A stretch of DNA of 64,000 bases from assembly GCA_043228905.1 (NCBI GenBank), contig JBHGNT010000013.1, forward strand, positions 15,686,001 through 15,750,000. Reading direction: 5' to 3'. The notes below the pieces were generated by a model, which ran no database searches, was not told the DNA's origin, and saw only the letters and a list, made by a program, of their open reading frames with translations. This stretch comes from Azolla caroliniana. Lineage: Eukaryota > Plantae > Polypodiophyta. Positions within the stretch are counted from its first letter, which is position 1. Every line of letters starts with the position of its first letter. Below are positions 41,286 to 54,008 of this stretch, in pieces. A program made the translations under genes and the position numbers.

Positions 41286-44200
41286 ATGGCTATGGTGAGC
41301 TTTCTCTCATTTATCTCCTCCTTTGTGTTATTCCTCTGCTTCACATCATACCACAATGGTATCTTCTATGTTGTTTCTTCGTCTCGGAACCCCTCCTTGT
41401 CTGAAGCTCTAAATCCCGAGGCCAAAACTAGTAGCGAAATTCGGGATATAGTGGCGTATCGGGAGCCTGCTGAAGATCCTTCTAGGTATGATGAACCTCT
41501 GCGATATGAAGAAGAAAGTGGTAGAGGAAGAGGAAGGTATGATGAAAGGCGTCCCAGTGAAGTAGAAGAAGATCGTAGGCAGAGAGAAAGACATGGTGAA
41601 AGGCGTCCTCACCAAGAAGAAGAAGAAGAAGAGGAAGAGGAAGAAAAAGAGAGTCCTAGAAGAAGCAAAAGGTATGACGAGGAAGAAGGTCATAGAGAAC
41701 GTGAAAGGCACCGTTCCCATGAAGAAGAAGGAGAAGAAGAAGAAGAGGAGGAGGGCCACAGGAAAAGCAAAAGACATGATGAAAGACGGCGGGGGGAAGG
41801 CGATAGGAAGAAGAAACATGAGCCAGAAAGGTTCATCATTGAGAAGTTTATGAAGGCAATCCGGACTGAGGCAGGGGAAATGTATGTTTTGCCACGAGAT
41901 GCTAACAGTGAACTTTCCAGAAGGAGAATAGGTCTAGGGTTTCTCATCTTGGAACCCAAGGCACTGCTATTACCCCAGTACTCCAGTTCAAGCTGCCTTT
42001 TTGTTGTTTACAAAGGTATGACACGCATGTCTATATGAAGTCTGGAAAGAAAATTGCCAATTAATTAAGGGATTTTATTTGGGTTTTTAATTCACAATAC
42101 TGACATTTATGATTTGAGCTTTTGTCTTTCACATCGCTGATTTGATTAATTTGTAGAGGTTTCTCTTACACAGTTTCTGGTAATCATGGTTAATTAGTGA
42201 TGAAATTGGTGATGGTACACTGTAGTTGTTCATGAGATCTTCCATCAAATTGTTTATAGAGTTGTTCAATGTTTTGCATATAGAGGTGTTCAATGTTTTG
42301 CATTCTGATACTCCTGTAGGTGTTTATAGCCACTTTATTTCCCGTTGGGCAATGTATTACATTGTGGATTTCATTGTGTCTTGCTTTATAGAGCTAATGA
42401 CTCATGGAGGTCTTTTAACTATATTGAGTGCATCCTAAGTGGGCATTTCTAATGGGCTTCCTTCCATCGTATATACACTTCCATATTGAGGTTTTATCTA
42501 TAGAATAGTTGTTGATATATGGCTGTATTGTACAGGTAGTGGCCGCTTATCTTGGATAGATGGAGAGGATCTTCAAGAAATTGACCTGGAAGAAGGGGAT
42601 GTATTCAAGATAGAGAGTGGGACTGTGTTCCATTTCTTCAATAAAGATGAGGGACAGAGATTGCATGTCTTCAGTATCCATGACATTCCTTCAGCAGGAG
42701 TCACCAAGGAAATGTCCCATGTTAGTAAATTGATCATGCCTTGGTTCCGATACTTTTTTACCTTGGATTTGTTTTTTCATGTTACCCTTGTTACTTACCA
42801 GAATTTCCTTGTTTGTCATGGTGTTATTTTATCTTACTCTTTTTAGAGTTTCTTTGTTGCGGGTGGTCTAAATCCTGAAACAGTGTTCTCTGGATTTCCA
42901 GAGGATGTGCTCGCTACAGTTTTCAATGTATTTTTCTCAAACACTGAAAATGCATTTTTACTGGAGTTAAAATTTAGTCATTGAATTATCATTGAACTAA
43001 GTTTGAACAATTAATGTGCAATACAGGTGTCTGCCGATGAAGTACATGATACTCTGAGCTCACAAACTAAAGGACCCATCCTCTATTTTGTTGGAAAGAA
43101 TGAATCAATAAAAGAAGAGTCTAATACTGCTTCGTTTGTTAACGTCTTGATTAATTTGTATGCTGAGGGTAAGGAACCAAAGGTTGACTCCGGTGGTCAT
43201 CGATTGACGAAGTTTGTTAGTAGTTACTTCAGCCTTCCTGGCATATTTTCCAAAGACTCTGAAAATAAGCCCTACAACATATTGAAGAAGAAGCCAGATT
43301 TCAGCAATGCCTATGGCTCAGCATCGAAAGCAGATGAGACAGATTTTGAGATGCTCAAAGATGTAAACAAGGGGGTCTTCTCAGTGAAACTGAAAGCAGT
43401 ATGTAATTTTTGATTTTTTGTATTGGATTATAGCTTTCAATGGGTAGTAGCTACATTGGCTAAGTGGGCTACATTGGCTAAGTGGATTATCTGTATGGCT
43501 TAGTTTTGTATGCTTATGCATGTGTGTTTTGTTGTTTTTGTTGTAAGGGTGCTGTTTTAGCTCCTCATTGGAATCCGAGAGCCATGGAGATTGCACTAGT
43601 AACAAAAGGAGAAGGGGAGATCCAAATAGTATATCCCAATGGGAGTGCAGCAGCCACAGAGAGAGTGCAGGAAGGAACAGTGTTCTATGTACCCCAGAAC
43701 TTTCCAATGTGTCAGATTGCTTCTAGAGGTGGACCACTTGAGTTCTTGGGTTTTGCAACTTCATCGAAGCCTAACAACCCGCAATTTCTTGGAGGTGATT
43801 ATATGAATGCCATATGCTTTCAATTTTGGTCTTGCACAGTATGCACAACATGGACATGGTTTCAGTGAAAGTATTCGCTGTTAGTTAGCCCATACGAATC
43901 ATGATTTCGGTGTAGTTTCTCTTTCTCCATTCCAATATTTCTTAGCCGATATGAATCATGCTTTAGTGTAGTTTCTCTCTCTACAGATTATGCTTGGTAT
44001 GCATAATGAATGATTTCAAAGTCAATTCTCCGTAGATCGATTTCAGTGAGATTATGTTTGGTGTGCATAATTAATTATCTGGTTGGTTGACAGGATTGAA
44101 TTCAGTGTTGAAGAAATTGAAACCAGAGGTGCTAGCGTCATCCTTCAACATACCTTCCGAACATATAAAGAGGTTCATTGAAAGTCAAACAGAAGCAGTG

Positions 44201-44296
44201 ATATTGCCAGGACATGCAGTGGAGCCAGAATCGGAATCAGAATCGGAATCTGAACCCGAGAAGGAGATCCTTCAAGGAAGGCGGAGTGTTTTCTGA
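41286..44296 (+). CDS. Vicilin-like (7S globulin) bicupin storage protein, 605 aa
   Basis: Exons 41286-42015, 42536-42720, 42847-42927, 43027-43398, 43548-43794, 44094-44296, with consistent phases. Hydrophobic signal peptide. Cupin motifs LEPKALLLPQY, LAPHWNPRAMEIALVTKGEG, GTVFYVPQNFPMCQIASRGGPLEFLGF. Confidence 0.94.
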
Positions 44297-45353
44297 GCAT
44301 TCTCATACCCTGCCTAGTATTAGCTTGGTTTCTATATAAACTGTAATTTGTAGATTTCTTTATTTCATACAATCTCAAGAACTTTTACAATAAAATGTAA
44401 ATAAAATCCTTCAGAACCTTTGCCTTCTTTTTGAGAGGCTCTGGAATATAATAATAAAAGATAGAATGGCCTTAAAAAAGTGCAATGGTCTTTGTGCATT
44501 TTATTTAAGTTGACATTGGTTTATCCTTCTTTGCATTTCCCATGGCATTTCTCATGATTTTAGAAGATTATATATTGTAGTGTTTCTTCACAAAGAGCCA
44601 AAGAATTAGCAGTGCACAGAGCCTTTGGTAGTGGAACAGGATCTTCTGCATAGTCAATTTTAAGAATTTGTACGTACATGGTGTAGGATTCTGCAAAGGT
44701 CTGCTGATTATTTATTTAAAAGTACAGGCATTGTTCTTCACGAAGGGGGCGTTTTAACCTGTTTCCTGTTTCTCTCATTGTGACGTTTCTGGGCATTCTT
44801 GGGGCTTCTTGGACAGCTTCTCTTACGTGAAGCTTTTAGCCATAGCCATACATGACATGGGAGGGTATTTTTTATGAGTCCTCCGAGAATATTCAGTCTC
44901 CTTCATTTGTGATTGTTGCTTGTACTTAAACTCCAAAAATTATGTTCAGAGGTTCTTCGGTTTTTGTATGCATGAATTTTGTTCAGAGGGTCCGGCAACA
45001 TGGCTAAATGCCCCATTTTACTTATTATTTACTCTTATGCCATATCAGCTGTGATTCTGCAGAAACCAAGGGTGAGTGATCATGCTGAACTTCATATGCG
45101 TGAAAGACGTGCTCGGAGAATACAATGGCATGTCAGGAAATCTGAATATTATGGGGTCTATTAGATGATGCTAAGAGTCTAATAGCATCCTTGGAGTTGG
45201 ACATATGTTCCAAAAATGGAACTGATCAACCATGTTCCAATAATGGAACTGATCCTTGGGACACATGTAAAAAAACCAAGAAAAGAGGGTATAATCAACC
45301 AATACAATAAGAGAGTAAAGAAAGGTGATTGCCTAAGAATCTCCTACCCTACG

Positions 45354-45580
45354 ACATATGATGCAGATATGTCTGAAAGTGTAGCAGGTGAGTGAATTAA
45401 ATTCTATATTTGATGAACGAGACGTTGCACTCGCTCTGCTTTGACTTAAAATTTCTCTGATAAAATTAAACTATTACATATGATGCAGATATGTCTGAAA
45501 GGTGCAGTAGGTGAGTGGAATTAAATTCTATATTTGATGACTCGCTCTGCTTTGACTCAAAATTTCTCTGATAAAATTAT
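45354..45580 (+). repeat. Tandem duplication, unit about 122 bp
   Basis: ACATATGATGCAGATATGTCTGAAAG...CTCGCTCTGCTTTGACT.AAAATTTCTCTGATAAAATTA occurs at 45354 and 45476. Confidence 0.88.
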
Positions 45581-47624
45581 GAGTGTCTAATCTAACATAC
45601 GAAGGAGCCATTGCATCCTGCTTTGACTCAGAAAGTCTGTCTCCACTGGACTTGTCTTTCACTCTAGATCCCGTATGCCAGTTTTTCATGTCCTTCCCCT
45701 TAATCTACTCATGTCAATGACTCTTATCCTAGTGCCTTCATATATTTTGTTGTAAAATGAAAGAGCTAACCCATATTTGGGTTTTGTTATGTTCAGACAA
45801 TGTATGGATGATTCCAAATTGAAAGAACTACTTGTTATGCCTGGGTTTTTTATTGTTGAAACTTGAAGATATTCATTTTTACTGAACGGAAATGACAGTA
45901 ACGATGATGCTTCAATGTTTATATTGTATATGCTATACTGGGTTTTGTTCAATTCAATTGTTTTTTTCTCTTTTGACATGCATGCTATATAAACAAAAGA
46001 AAGCACTTCTATGACATGAACAGTTCTGTTCATGATAGATGTTATAGTTTGTTATGGAGTCATCTCATTGTCACTCCTGAATTGAACCAGAACTGATGAT
46101 GATGTCCATGGATTTTGTTGTTCAAATGTGCTTTAGATTAGTCCATGATGGTTCTAAATGAAATGGATGCACTCCTATAATGTTTGCTGCAAAATGGAAG
46201 GTCTTGGTCAATGTAGCATAGCACTGCTCATTTCATTTGTTTGGAGTGGTAATTACTAATGCTCATACGTGATATAAAATTTTTAAGTGATTGAAAATAA
46301 GAAAAAGATTCATAGTTGAAAGTTGAAACTATATGTGGAGGATTTTGTATGTCTCTCGTGGAAAATGATATTTTATGCAAGAAAATAAAGCAAAAATATT
46401 TTAATAGATCAAGAAATTATGATGTGAAAAGAGAAATTCAAATTTCAAAGCATCCAAATGGCTTGCTTTTGATGACCTTGTGCGCAACTGACCTTCAAAA
46501 TATTTTTCCATTCGCAAGATGATCTACTTAAACAAAAATAGTTATTATTCAAGTAAACAAAAAAGTAAGAAATGCTTGACAATGGATGCACATTTCAAGT
46601 TGGATTGAGGATATGTGATCCTTGACCATATTAGTTGCCAAATATAACACGTATTGAGAGCCTTCGACATTGATAGAGGAATCCACAATGGCAAACTCTG
46701 AAGCAAAATGAATAATGTTAGGTAAGACACAAAGGTGAGAGTGGTCAAGAGTGAAGAGCAACCTTGTGAGGGGGGCACTACTACATAATGAATATTTGTA
46801 GTTTGGGAAGTGTCGATAAAACTTTTTTTTGTGTGCTCACTTGATATTGTGAAAAATATGTTAAATGCCAACATTGTAAAACGATGCTATAGGTGAAAAT
46901 TTGTTAGGGGTGCATCATCACAAGTTGATCATAATTGCACATTTCTTAGCAAAGCATATTATAGGGAACCTCGAGTGTAGAGGAATGACTTGCAATGAAG
47001 ATTTTTAGCGTAGTGATGTGGGATATTTCTGACCAAATCATATTATAGAGAGCCTCGACAAAACGTAAATATTTTATATTGTCAATAGTATTAGACCCAT
47101 GCAAGAATAAGAAGAACTTCCGGAAGTTATGGAGACAACAAGGGATAGGTTCATGAAAGGAGAGTATCAATGTCCCCGGGTAGGGGTTGGTGATGGAGGA
47201 GTTGTGAGCCCTGCCAATCCAGGTGTGACCTTGTGACGCACGTTTTCTCATTATTACGAGAAAGACAAACCAATTAAGGGTTGCCAAAATGGCCTATACA
47301 AACTTGAACAAGACATCCACATGTGAAAAAGGATATGAGGGGTATGGGGGATTGAGAAAGACAAATATATTAGGTGTGTCTTTTTTAAGTGTTGCCAAAA
47401 TGGCCTATATAAGGCTTGGAACAAGACATCACATACACACAAAAAGAGAGAGGATATGAGTGCCCGGGGATTGTCAAGATTCTCGTTAACACAACATTGA
47501 TGTGATGGTTATTAGTTTTGTCATGGTTATGGACAAACAAAAACAAATATTTGATGACACATCATTGATGTGATTGTTGTGAGTTTTGTCATTATTAGAG
47601 ACCAAACAAAAACAACTATTTGAT

Positions 47625-47671
47625 GACACGTATGAGGGGGGGGGGGAGCAAAGGGTACTACGTGGCATGCA
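47625..47671 (+). promoter_or_regulatory. Two ABREs plus an overlapping RY motif upstream of the PEBP gene
   Basis: GACACGT (reverse ACGTGTC) at 47625-47631. TACGTGGC at 47659-47666 overlaps CATGCA at 47666-47671, about 150 bp before the ATG. Confidence 0.6.
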
Positions 47672-47820
47672 AGAATGCAATGCCTAAAGATGGAAACAAA
47701 GTCACAACTTACAAGCAACAAAGATGACAAGACACAAGAGAGAGAGACATAGACATAGACATAGACATAGGAGAGACATAGACATAGAGACAAACATAGG
47801 AGAGGAGAGGAGATTGAAGC

Positions 47821-48916
47821 ATGGCTCATTACCAACGTCAATATCGTGAGATAGTGGAAGATGTGGAGAGGGAACGAGAGCAGGAGCAGGACGAGTTCCG
47901 GCTCGCATCGAGCGAGATGGCGCATGATGGCAAGATCCCTCGGAAGTTCACGAACCAAGGGGCCGGCACCCGTAGAGATGAGTCTCCCCCACTCGAGTGG
48001 TATGGCGTCCCAAATGGTACCGAGAGCTTGGCACTCATTGTCGAGGACCCTGATGCCCCCGACCCTGATCACCCCCTTGTCCCTTGGACCCATTGGTATG
48101 TATGTATGTATGTATGTATGTATGTATGTGACTTCCTATTATTCCTTAAAGCCCTTTGTTTCTTCAATCATTCAAGCGAACAATCTTAAAAGAATGTAGT
48201 TAGCACAAGATTGCTCAATCAAATTTTAAGACATATATTTTATGTTTTGGTTTCACTCTAGGGTCTTGATCAACATCCCTCCTAGCTTGAAAGGTTTGTA
48301 CCACTAATTACTTGATGTTTTTTTGTTACTTTCTTCTTATTTTAATCGTATGGTTTTTGTAGTGCACATTGCCACTTGTGTTAACCATTTGAAGTGTCAC
48401 CTTATTTTTGGTGCTAGGGTTGCCTGCCAATTTCTCTGGGAAACACATAGATGAGAAGAGTGAGTATGCAAGCATACAAGAGGGGCTCAATGATTGGAAG
48501 ATTCCAGGCTATAGAGGCCCTCATCCACCTATCGGTGTACATCGTTATGAGTTTAAATTGTATGCCCTCGACACAACGTTGAAGCTTGGTCATAAGGTGA
48601 TTTATTGGAAACTTGACTCCCATGTTGGATATCGTCTCATTGGTATTTGGTAATTTATGCTTTCTCCTAGAGTAAGGATATTGTAAATTTTAAGAATATA
48701 AAAAGGTTTGCGCGATCAATATATTAATAGGTGACAAAGGACAAAACATTGGAAGCAATGGAGGGCCACATTCTTGGTGTTGCAGAGCTAGTTGCACATT
48801 ATGGTCGAGAGAAATCTAAGCTAGATAGCGATTACATCCCACCAGGTGGTCCACACCCTGTTGGTTCAGGCAGGCCTGAGGTCATTAAAGGACAAGGTGC
48901 ATTTGAAAGAAGGTAG
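47821..48916 (+). CDS. YbhB/YbcL-type (bacterial-like) PEBP family protein, 223 aa
   Basis: Exons 47821-48095, 48262-48293, 48418-48596, 48731-48916. Motifs SPPLEWYGVPNGTESLALIVEDPDAP, WTHWVLINIPP and GLNDWKIPGYRGPHPPIGVHRYEFKLYALD. This is not an FT/TFL1/MFT-type PEBP. Confidence 0.93.
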
Positions 48917-49773
48917 CTTATGTTTTCAAATGAGCCAGTTAGCTCATCATTAAAGATATAGAATAGAATGCTTTGCTTTAAAAGCATTTCAAGCTACCAC
49001 AAGTGAAGTACAAAGCTTTTGAACATGTTTTTCTCTCTTATAGTTAAATCTCCTCTTCATGTTAATATCGGTCTATGTCAATGGCATGTTTTACAATGCA
49101 TAATAACAAATGACAAATGTATCAGCATATATATATATAAAGATAATAATGTTTTATCTTGTCTTATGAACAAATATTTTTGTTCATTACATGTTTTTGA
49201 GTCACCTATTAATCGATTGTATTTGTTCAAGAATGTGTAATATGATGGGTTAATCCATTGTATTTGTTTAGGGATGTGTAATATGGTGGGTTGATAATGC
49301 GCTTGTTTTTTGAGTCCTCCATCAGAAAAAAGTATTGTTCTAACATGTGTGTAACCTAATGATCCAATGAATTTGTTCCTTCTTGTATAGAGGTATTTCT
49401 CTTCTTTCATGTAGCCTTCCAACACACGAAGTTAGCAACTAGCATAAATCTCCAGAATGATATTATCTAGGATCATTGAAATAAGTTAATGATATCCCAA
49501 CCATGAAACACCATATCAAAAAAACCATGGTTGCTCGAATCATGTCCTAGTGTAACCTTGCATGGGTCCTAGTTTATGTTTCTAAAATATCTCACAAACC
49601 ATTTTTGGCCATATTGAGGTAATGTCACATAGGAATTCTAGTTTATATGGTCGAAATGGAATTAAACACAAATTGGAACGTTTATTAATTGTAATGATGT
49701 AGGCAATTGGTATCCATTTCAGCACAAATTGGAACATTTTGAGTGAAGCAACGTGGGCAGTTGGCGTACTTCA

Positions 49774-50050
49774 AATAGCTGTCCTATCACAAACTAAAAT
49801 TTTCAATGTACAAAGAACACTTAATCATCAGTTTGTAGTCATACAATGAGCGAATAGCTGTCCTATCACAAACTAAAATTTTCAATGTACAAAGGACACT
49901 TAATCATCAAATCATCAGTTTGTAGTCATACAATGAGCGAATAGCTGTCCTATTACAAACTGAAATTTTAAATGTACAGAGAAAACTGAACTAAATTTTT
50001 GAATGTACAAAGAACACTTAATCTTTAGTTTGTAGTCATACAATGAGCAT
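49774..50050 (+). repeat. Tandem repeat, unit about 78-88 bp, 3 copies
   Basis: AATAGCTGTCCTAT.ACAAACT.AAATTTT.AATGTACA occurs at about 49774, 49852 and 49940. Confidence 0.9.
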
Positions 50051-50054
50051 CCAT

Positions 50055-50330
50055 CACATGAAATGTATGTTGAAAATAGACTTTTATGTCTTTCATGAGA
50101 TTCAAAATAGAGTTTATATACTGTATGTTGAAAATATAAGTATGCTCTGCCAACACATGACATGTATGTTGAAAATAGACTTTTATGTCTTTCATGAGAT
50201 TCAAAATAGAGTTTATATATTGTATGTTGAAAATATAAGTATGCTCTGCCAACACATGAAATGTATGTTGAAAATAGACTTTTATGTCTTTCATGAGATT
50301 CAAAATAGAGTTTATATATTGTATGTTGAT
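50055..50330 (+). repeat. Tandem repeat, 99-bp unit, about 2.8 copies
   Basis: CACATGA.ATGTATGTTGAAAATAGACTTTTATGTC occurs at 50055, 50154 and 50253. It shows up as 33-aa repeats in spurious ORFs. Confidence 0.95.
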
Positions 50331-51181
50331 AATAGAATATTCTCTGGCAAAATGAAACTTCACCATAAAAATTTTTAAGGTGTCTTCAAATTTTAAATGA
50401 ATGAAGTACATTCTTCAAATGTAGGAAAATCCTCAAGCAATATGTAAAATATGTAAATTCAGAATGTGAACATGTGAGTTAAGGGTATATATATAACTGC
50501 AACAGGGCAACAAATAAAAAGAGGAAGACATTGTTGGACAAGCAGAAAGCTGTAGACATAGTAAGTGAAAACAAATACAGTATTTAAATGGTAAAACACT
50601 ATTCAAGGCAAAAATGAACAGAATAAGGGATTGAAGGAGATGCTGCGGCAAAAACACATAAACAAAGTAGTGATCAGAAAGACACTGCCAAACCTTTCCA
50701 ACTTTGTGGAATTGTAGGTGATAAACCATACCTTAATTAAGAACAAAATTAGTACGACAAAAGAAAGAGAGCCAACATGATCAATGTGGAGAGAAGCAGT
50801 GCAGGTGGTAAGACGAGATTAACACTGACAATAAAAGAGAGCCGCAATAATCAAAGTTCAAGAGAAAAAGTGCAGCTGGGCATGCAATGGGGTTTTCTGG
50901 CTATGTAACATTCTCAAGCTCGAAATAGAAGTGGTGACAAACACTTCTCTACGGAACACTTGATAAGCTCAGACACAAAAGAACCCAAACAATCATCTCC
51001 TTAATTTGCAAACCTTGGTGTGTTATACAAAAACTGTATTTTGATGTGGATTATAGAAAACAAAATTCTCGGCTTATGCATCTGTGGCAGTCTTACAGTT
51101 CAAAACCATCAAACTATACATGCATCAGAATTCGAATTCTATGCATCTTCCGTTGGCCAAGACTTGGTTTTTCAATATGCA

Positions 51182-52335
51182 TCAGAAGTTCAATTTCTTC
51201 TGCTTCCGTTTATCTTTCTTTAGCCGAGACTTACTCTTTCCTCGTTTCTTGATGCCTCCCTTCACTCTAAGCTTATTAGAATTGTCATCATCGATTGACA
51301 TCGGAATTACAGGGCCACTTCTTCCTCTATACTCAGGTTCTATGTCTGCATAATGGCAAAGAGAAAATTCTGTATCATCAAATTCTCCAATTTGGAAAGC
51401 TTATATGAAACAACTAGAGATATTTTAGGAATCAACTAGAGACCTAATGTAAGTCAACAGTTTGATACTGAATAACACAAAAAATATGCCTAACTCATGG
51501 ATTTTTAATATGCTTGTGTATAAACACTACTTTTGCATCCATTTAATAGAAAACCTTAACCCTAGCTTAACAGCTCCAACAATTAGTGGAAGTTTCAGTG
51601 TATTATATCAGATTCGCATCAACCAAAGATTTAATATGCTTCAAATTGAATGGGGCTGATAGGCAACCTTTACCCTCACACATAACGTTTCAGATTCAAC
51701 TGCCCAGACAATCAGAGAAAGTTTCGGCACAGTATGTCAGATTGGCTTATACCAAAGATGCAATTTGATTTTCTTACTGAATAAAACAACTATATAACAT
51801 CCATGTTTAACTCCACACTTAGGCTTAACTCAACATTTTGAAAATAACATCCATGTTTAACCACAACACCAATCCTTAGACTCTACAAATGAGTGAAATA
51901 ATCTTGACTGAATAAATAGGAGAACACCCTGCGGTGGAGGAACCCTAGAACTGCAACTGACCCTAACCTAAATAATAATGAGAAAGAAAAAATTTAGAGT
52001 AAAACTCTGAATTTTTTCTTCCCACAAAGACGTAACTCATAGCACACAGCTAAGCAGCCATTCTGCACCATAACCGTGAGTTACCAGAACGTGAACAAAC
52101 ACAAGACGAGAACGTATATTACAAAAAAACGTAAGTCTGGGAAGGGAAAAAAAAAGGAAAGCGTACCCATGTCAGATGCTTTCTTCTTGGTGATGATCTC
52201 CACTTTGGGAGCCTGCAGGGCAGCTTCCATGGCGGCTTCTTTGCTCACATCCTTAGCGTCGTAGTGAGGTTCAACGATCTCTCTCTTGAGCGTCCGAAGC
52301 CTCTTCTTCCGCTTGGAACGAATCGATTTCCCCAT
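51182..52335 (-). CDS. LLP homolog (LLPH/LAPS18-like small basic nucleolar protein), 110 aa
   Basis: Exon 1 52335-52167 begins MGKSIRSKRKKRLRTLKRE, the diagnostic N-terminus. Exon 2 51345-51182 ends KKDKRKQKKLNF. A telo-box TTAGGGTTT lies at 52375. Confidence 0.88.
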
Positions 52336-54008
52336 CGCTAAGCTCTGTCTGTGTTTCGTTAGGCTTTTTTTTGGTTAGGGTTTTGATATTGGAGGCCTTT
52401 TCACTTGAGCGGTGGTCTTAGCAGGATATGAACTCTACCTTCGGAAGCAAATTATGTATACATATACAAATATATACATACATACATACAAATTACAAAC
52501 ATTACATATACTGTATACATATGTATATGTATGAGCATAAAAGAGACACATACATACATTACATCTACATACATTCATTCATTACATATACATGCATATA
52601 CATATATACATAAAGAAGCATAAAAGAGTCACCTGCAATCTACATACATTTTTTCATTACATATACATGCATACATGCATTACATACATAAATTGCTTTG
52701 GAAGCATGTCCTTATTGAAGTAAAGGAGTCGAGAGTTCTTCTTCTCCATTCCATGCCTTCCTCGAGATATGTTTGTCGGTCGTCATGCTTGCAAACCCTG
52801 ATCATTTGCTTGTATCTTAACCTAGTACCTACCATGCTCACACATATTGTGTACATGTGCTGATGAAGAAGAGCATGCATGATACTCTCGATGACATGCT
52901 TGTTTTTCTTAATTATTTGTTTTTGAGGAATGCAAGCTAAGTAGTAATAGGGCAAGGGTTGGTATACTAATAATTAGCGATGCATTTTGTCCCCAAGACA
53001 CCCAATGTTCGCGTTACATTTTATTTAACCACTCATCACCAACACAAGCACCTCCCTAACACAATTGGCTAGGGCCAACTCTATAACACTATGAACACTA
53101 GAAATATCTACTATTTACTATATCTACTAAGCTTATATTCAATCAACAAGACAAACCAAAGGATATGAACTCAATCAAGAATATGGACATCCAATTATCA
53201 ATTATCAATTATCAAGATGGTTGGACGTATAATTCATCAATTATCCAAAACATCAGTTACGCATCACTTTGTTGGGTCCCTATAACAGTATGCACATTCA
53301 ATAAGATAGTTGTCTGAATACAGTTGAACACATCATTCATCAATTATCCAAAATATTATTCACAGCATCACTTTCTTGGCCCCCCTGTAACAAGGATTGC
53401 AAGAACTAATGCCATGTGGGACATGTAAGACAGGGATAGAAAGATCAAAACCACTCGATTTGGTATATAATTTCTTGTGGTTAAAGATTGGCTACACGTG
53501 ATCTTCTTTTTCTTAACACCAATGATACAACTTTCTGATTATGCCATTAACCTCAGACTAATGCTCTTCCAGTTAATATGGGCAAACAAATTTACTTTTC
53601 AGCGAGAAAAACCATATGATGACACATGGGACTTCTAAGACAAACAAATCTCGAAGTTAATACATTTGTTGGCACAACTTAGAGATCCAAACAATAAAAA
53701 GATTAGTTGTCATGTTTTCATCAAGCTACAAAAATGGGCTTTGGATAGTTCATGTTTCACAATTCATTGTGGACAACCAAATGGTATATAGCTCCATAGA
53801 CCAAGAATTTCCCGTCGGTCAATACCAACGTACCCATTGATCAAATGAAGTTGTTAGTTAGATTTTTTACATGCAATAAGTCATTCAATTGTGATCAAGA
53901 TACATCCACGCGCTGGGGAATAAATTCCTACGGCTACCTAATCCCAGCGTGTCAGTGAAATTAGCAACTGCTGTCTCCTTCATTAACGTCATATTCTCAA
54001 GAATGTGA

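Noticed and set aside
41409-41959. Antisense and alternative-frame ORFs over vicilin exon 1
   Set aside because: By-products of the GAA-rich low-complexity coding sequence.
44600-46050. Scattered splice-like signals and short peptide-like stretches
   Set aside because: They could not be assembled into a coherent gene model or matched to a known family.
50025-50411. ORFs with 33-aa repeats / CRISPR-like array
   Set aside because: A plain 99-bp tandem repeat without unique spacers, in a eukaryotic context.
53411-53423. GTCCCACATGG on the minus strand, resembling the plant snRNA USE element
   Set aside because: No TATA box at the expected distance and no snRNA sequence downstream.
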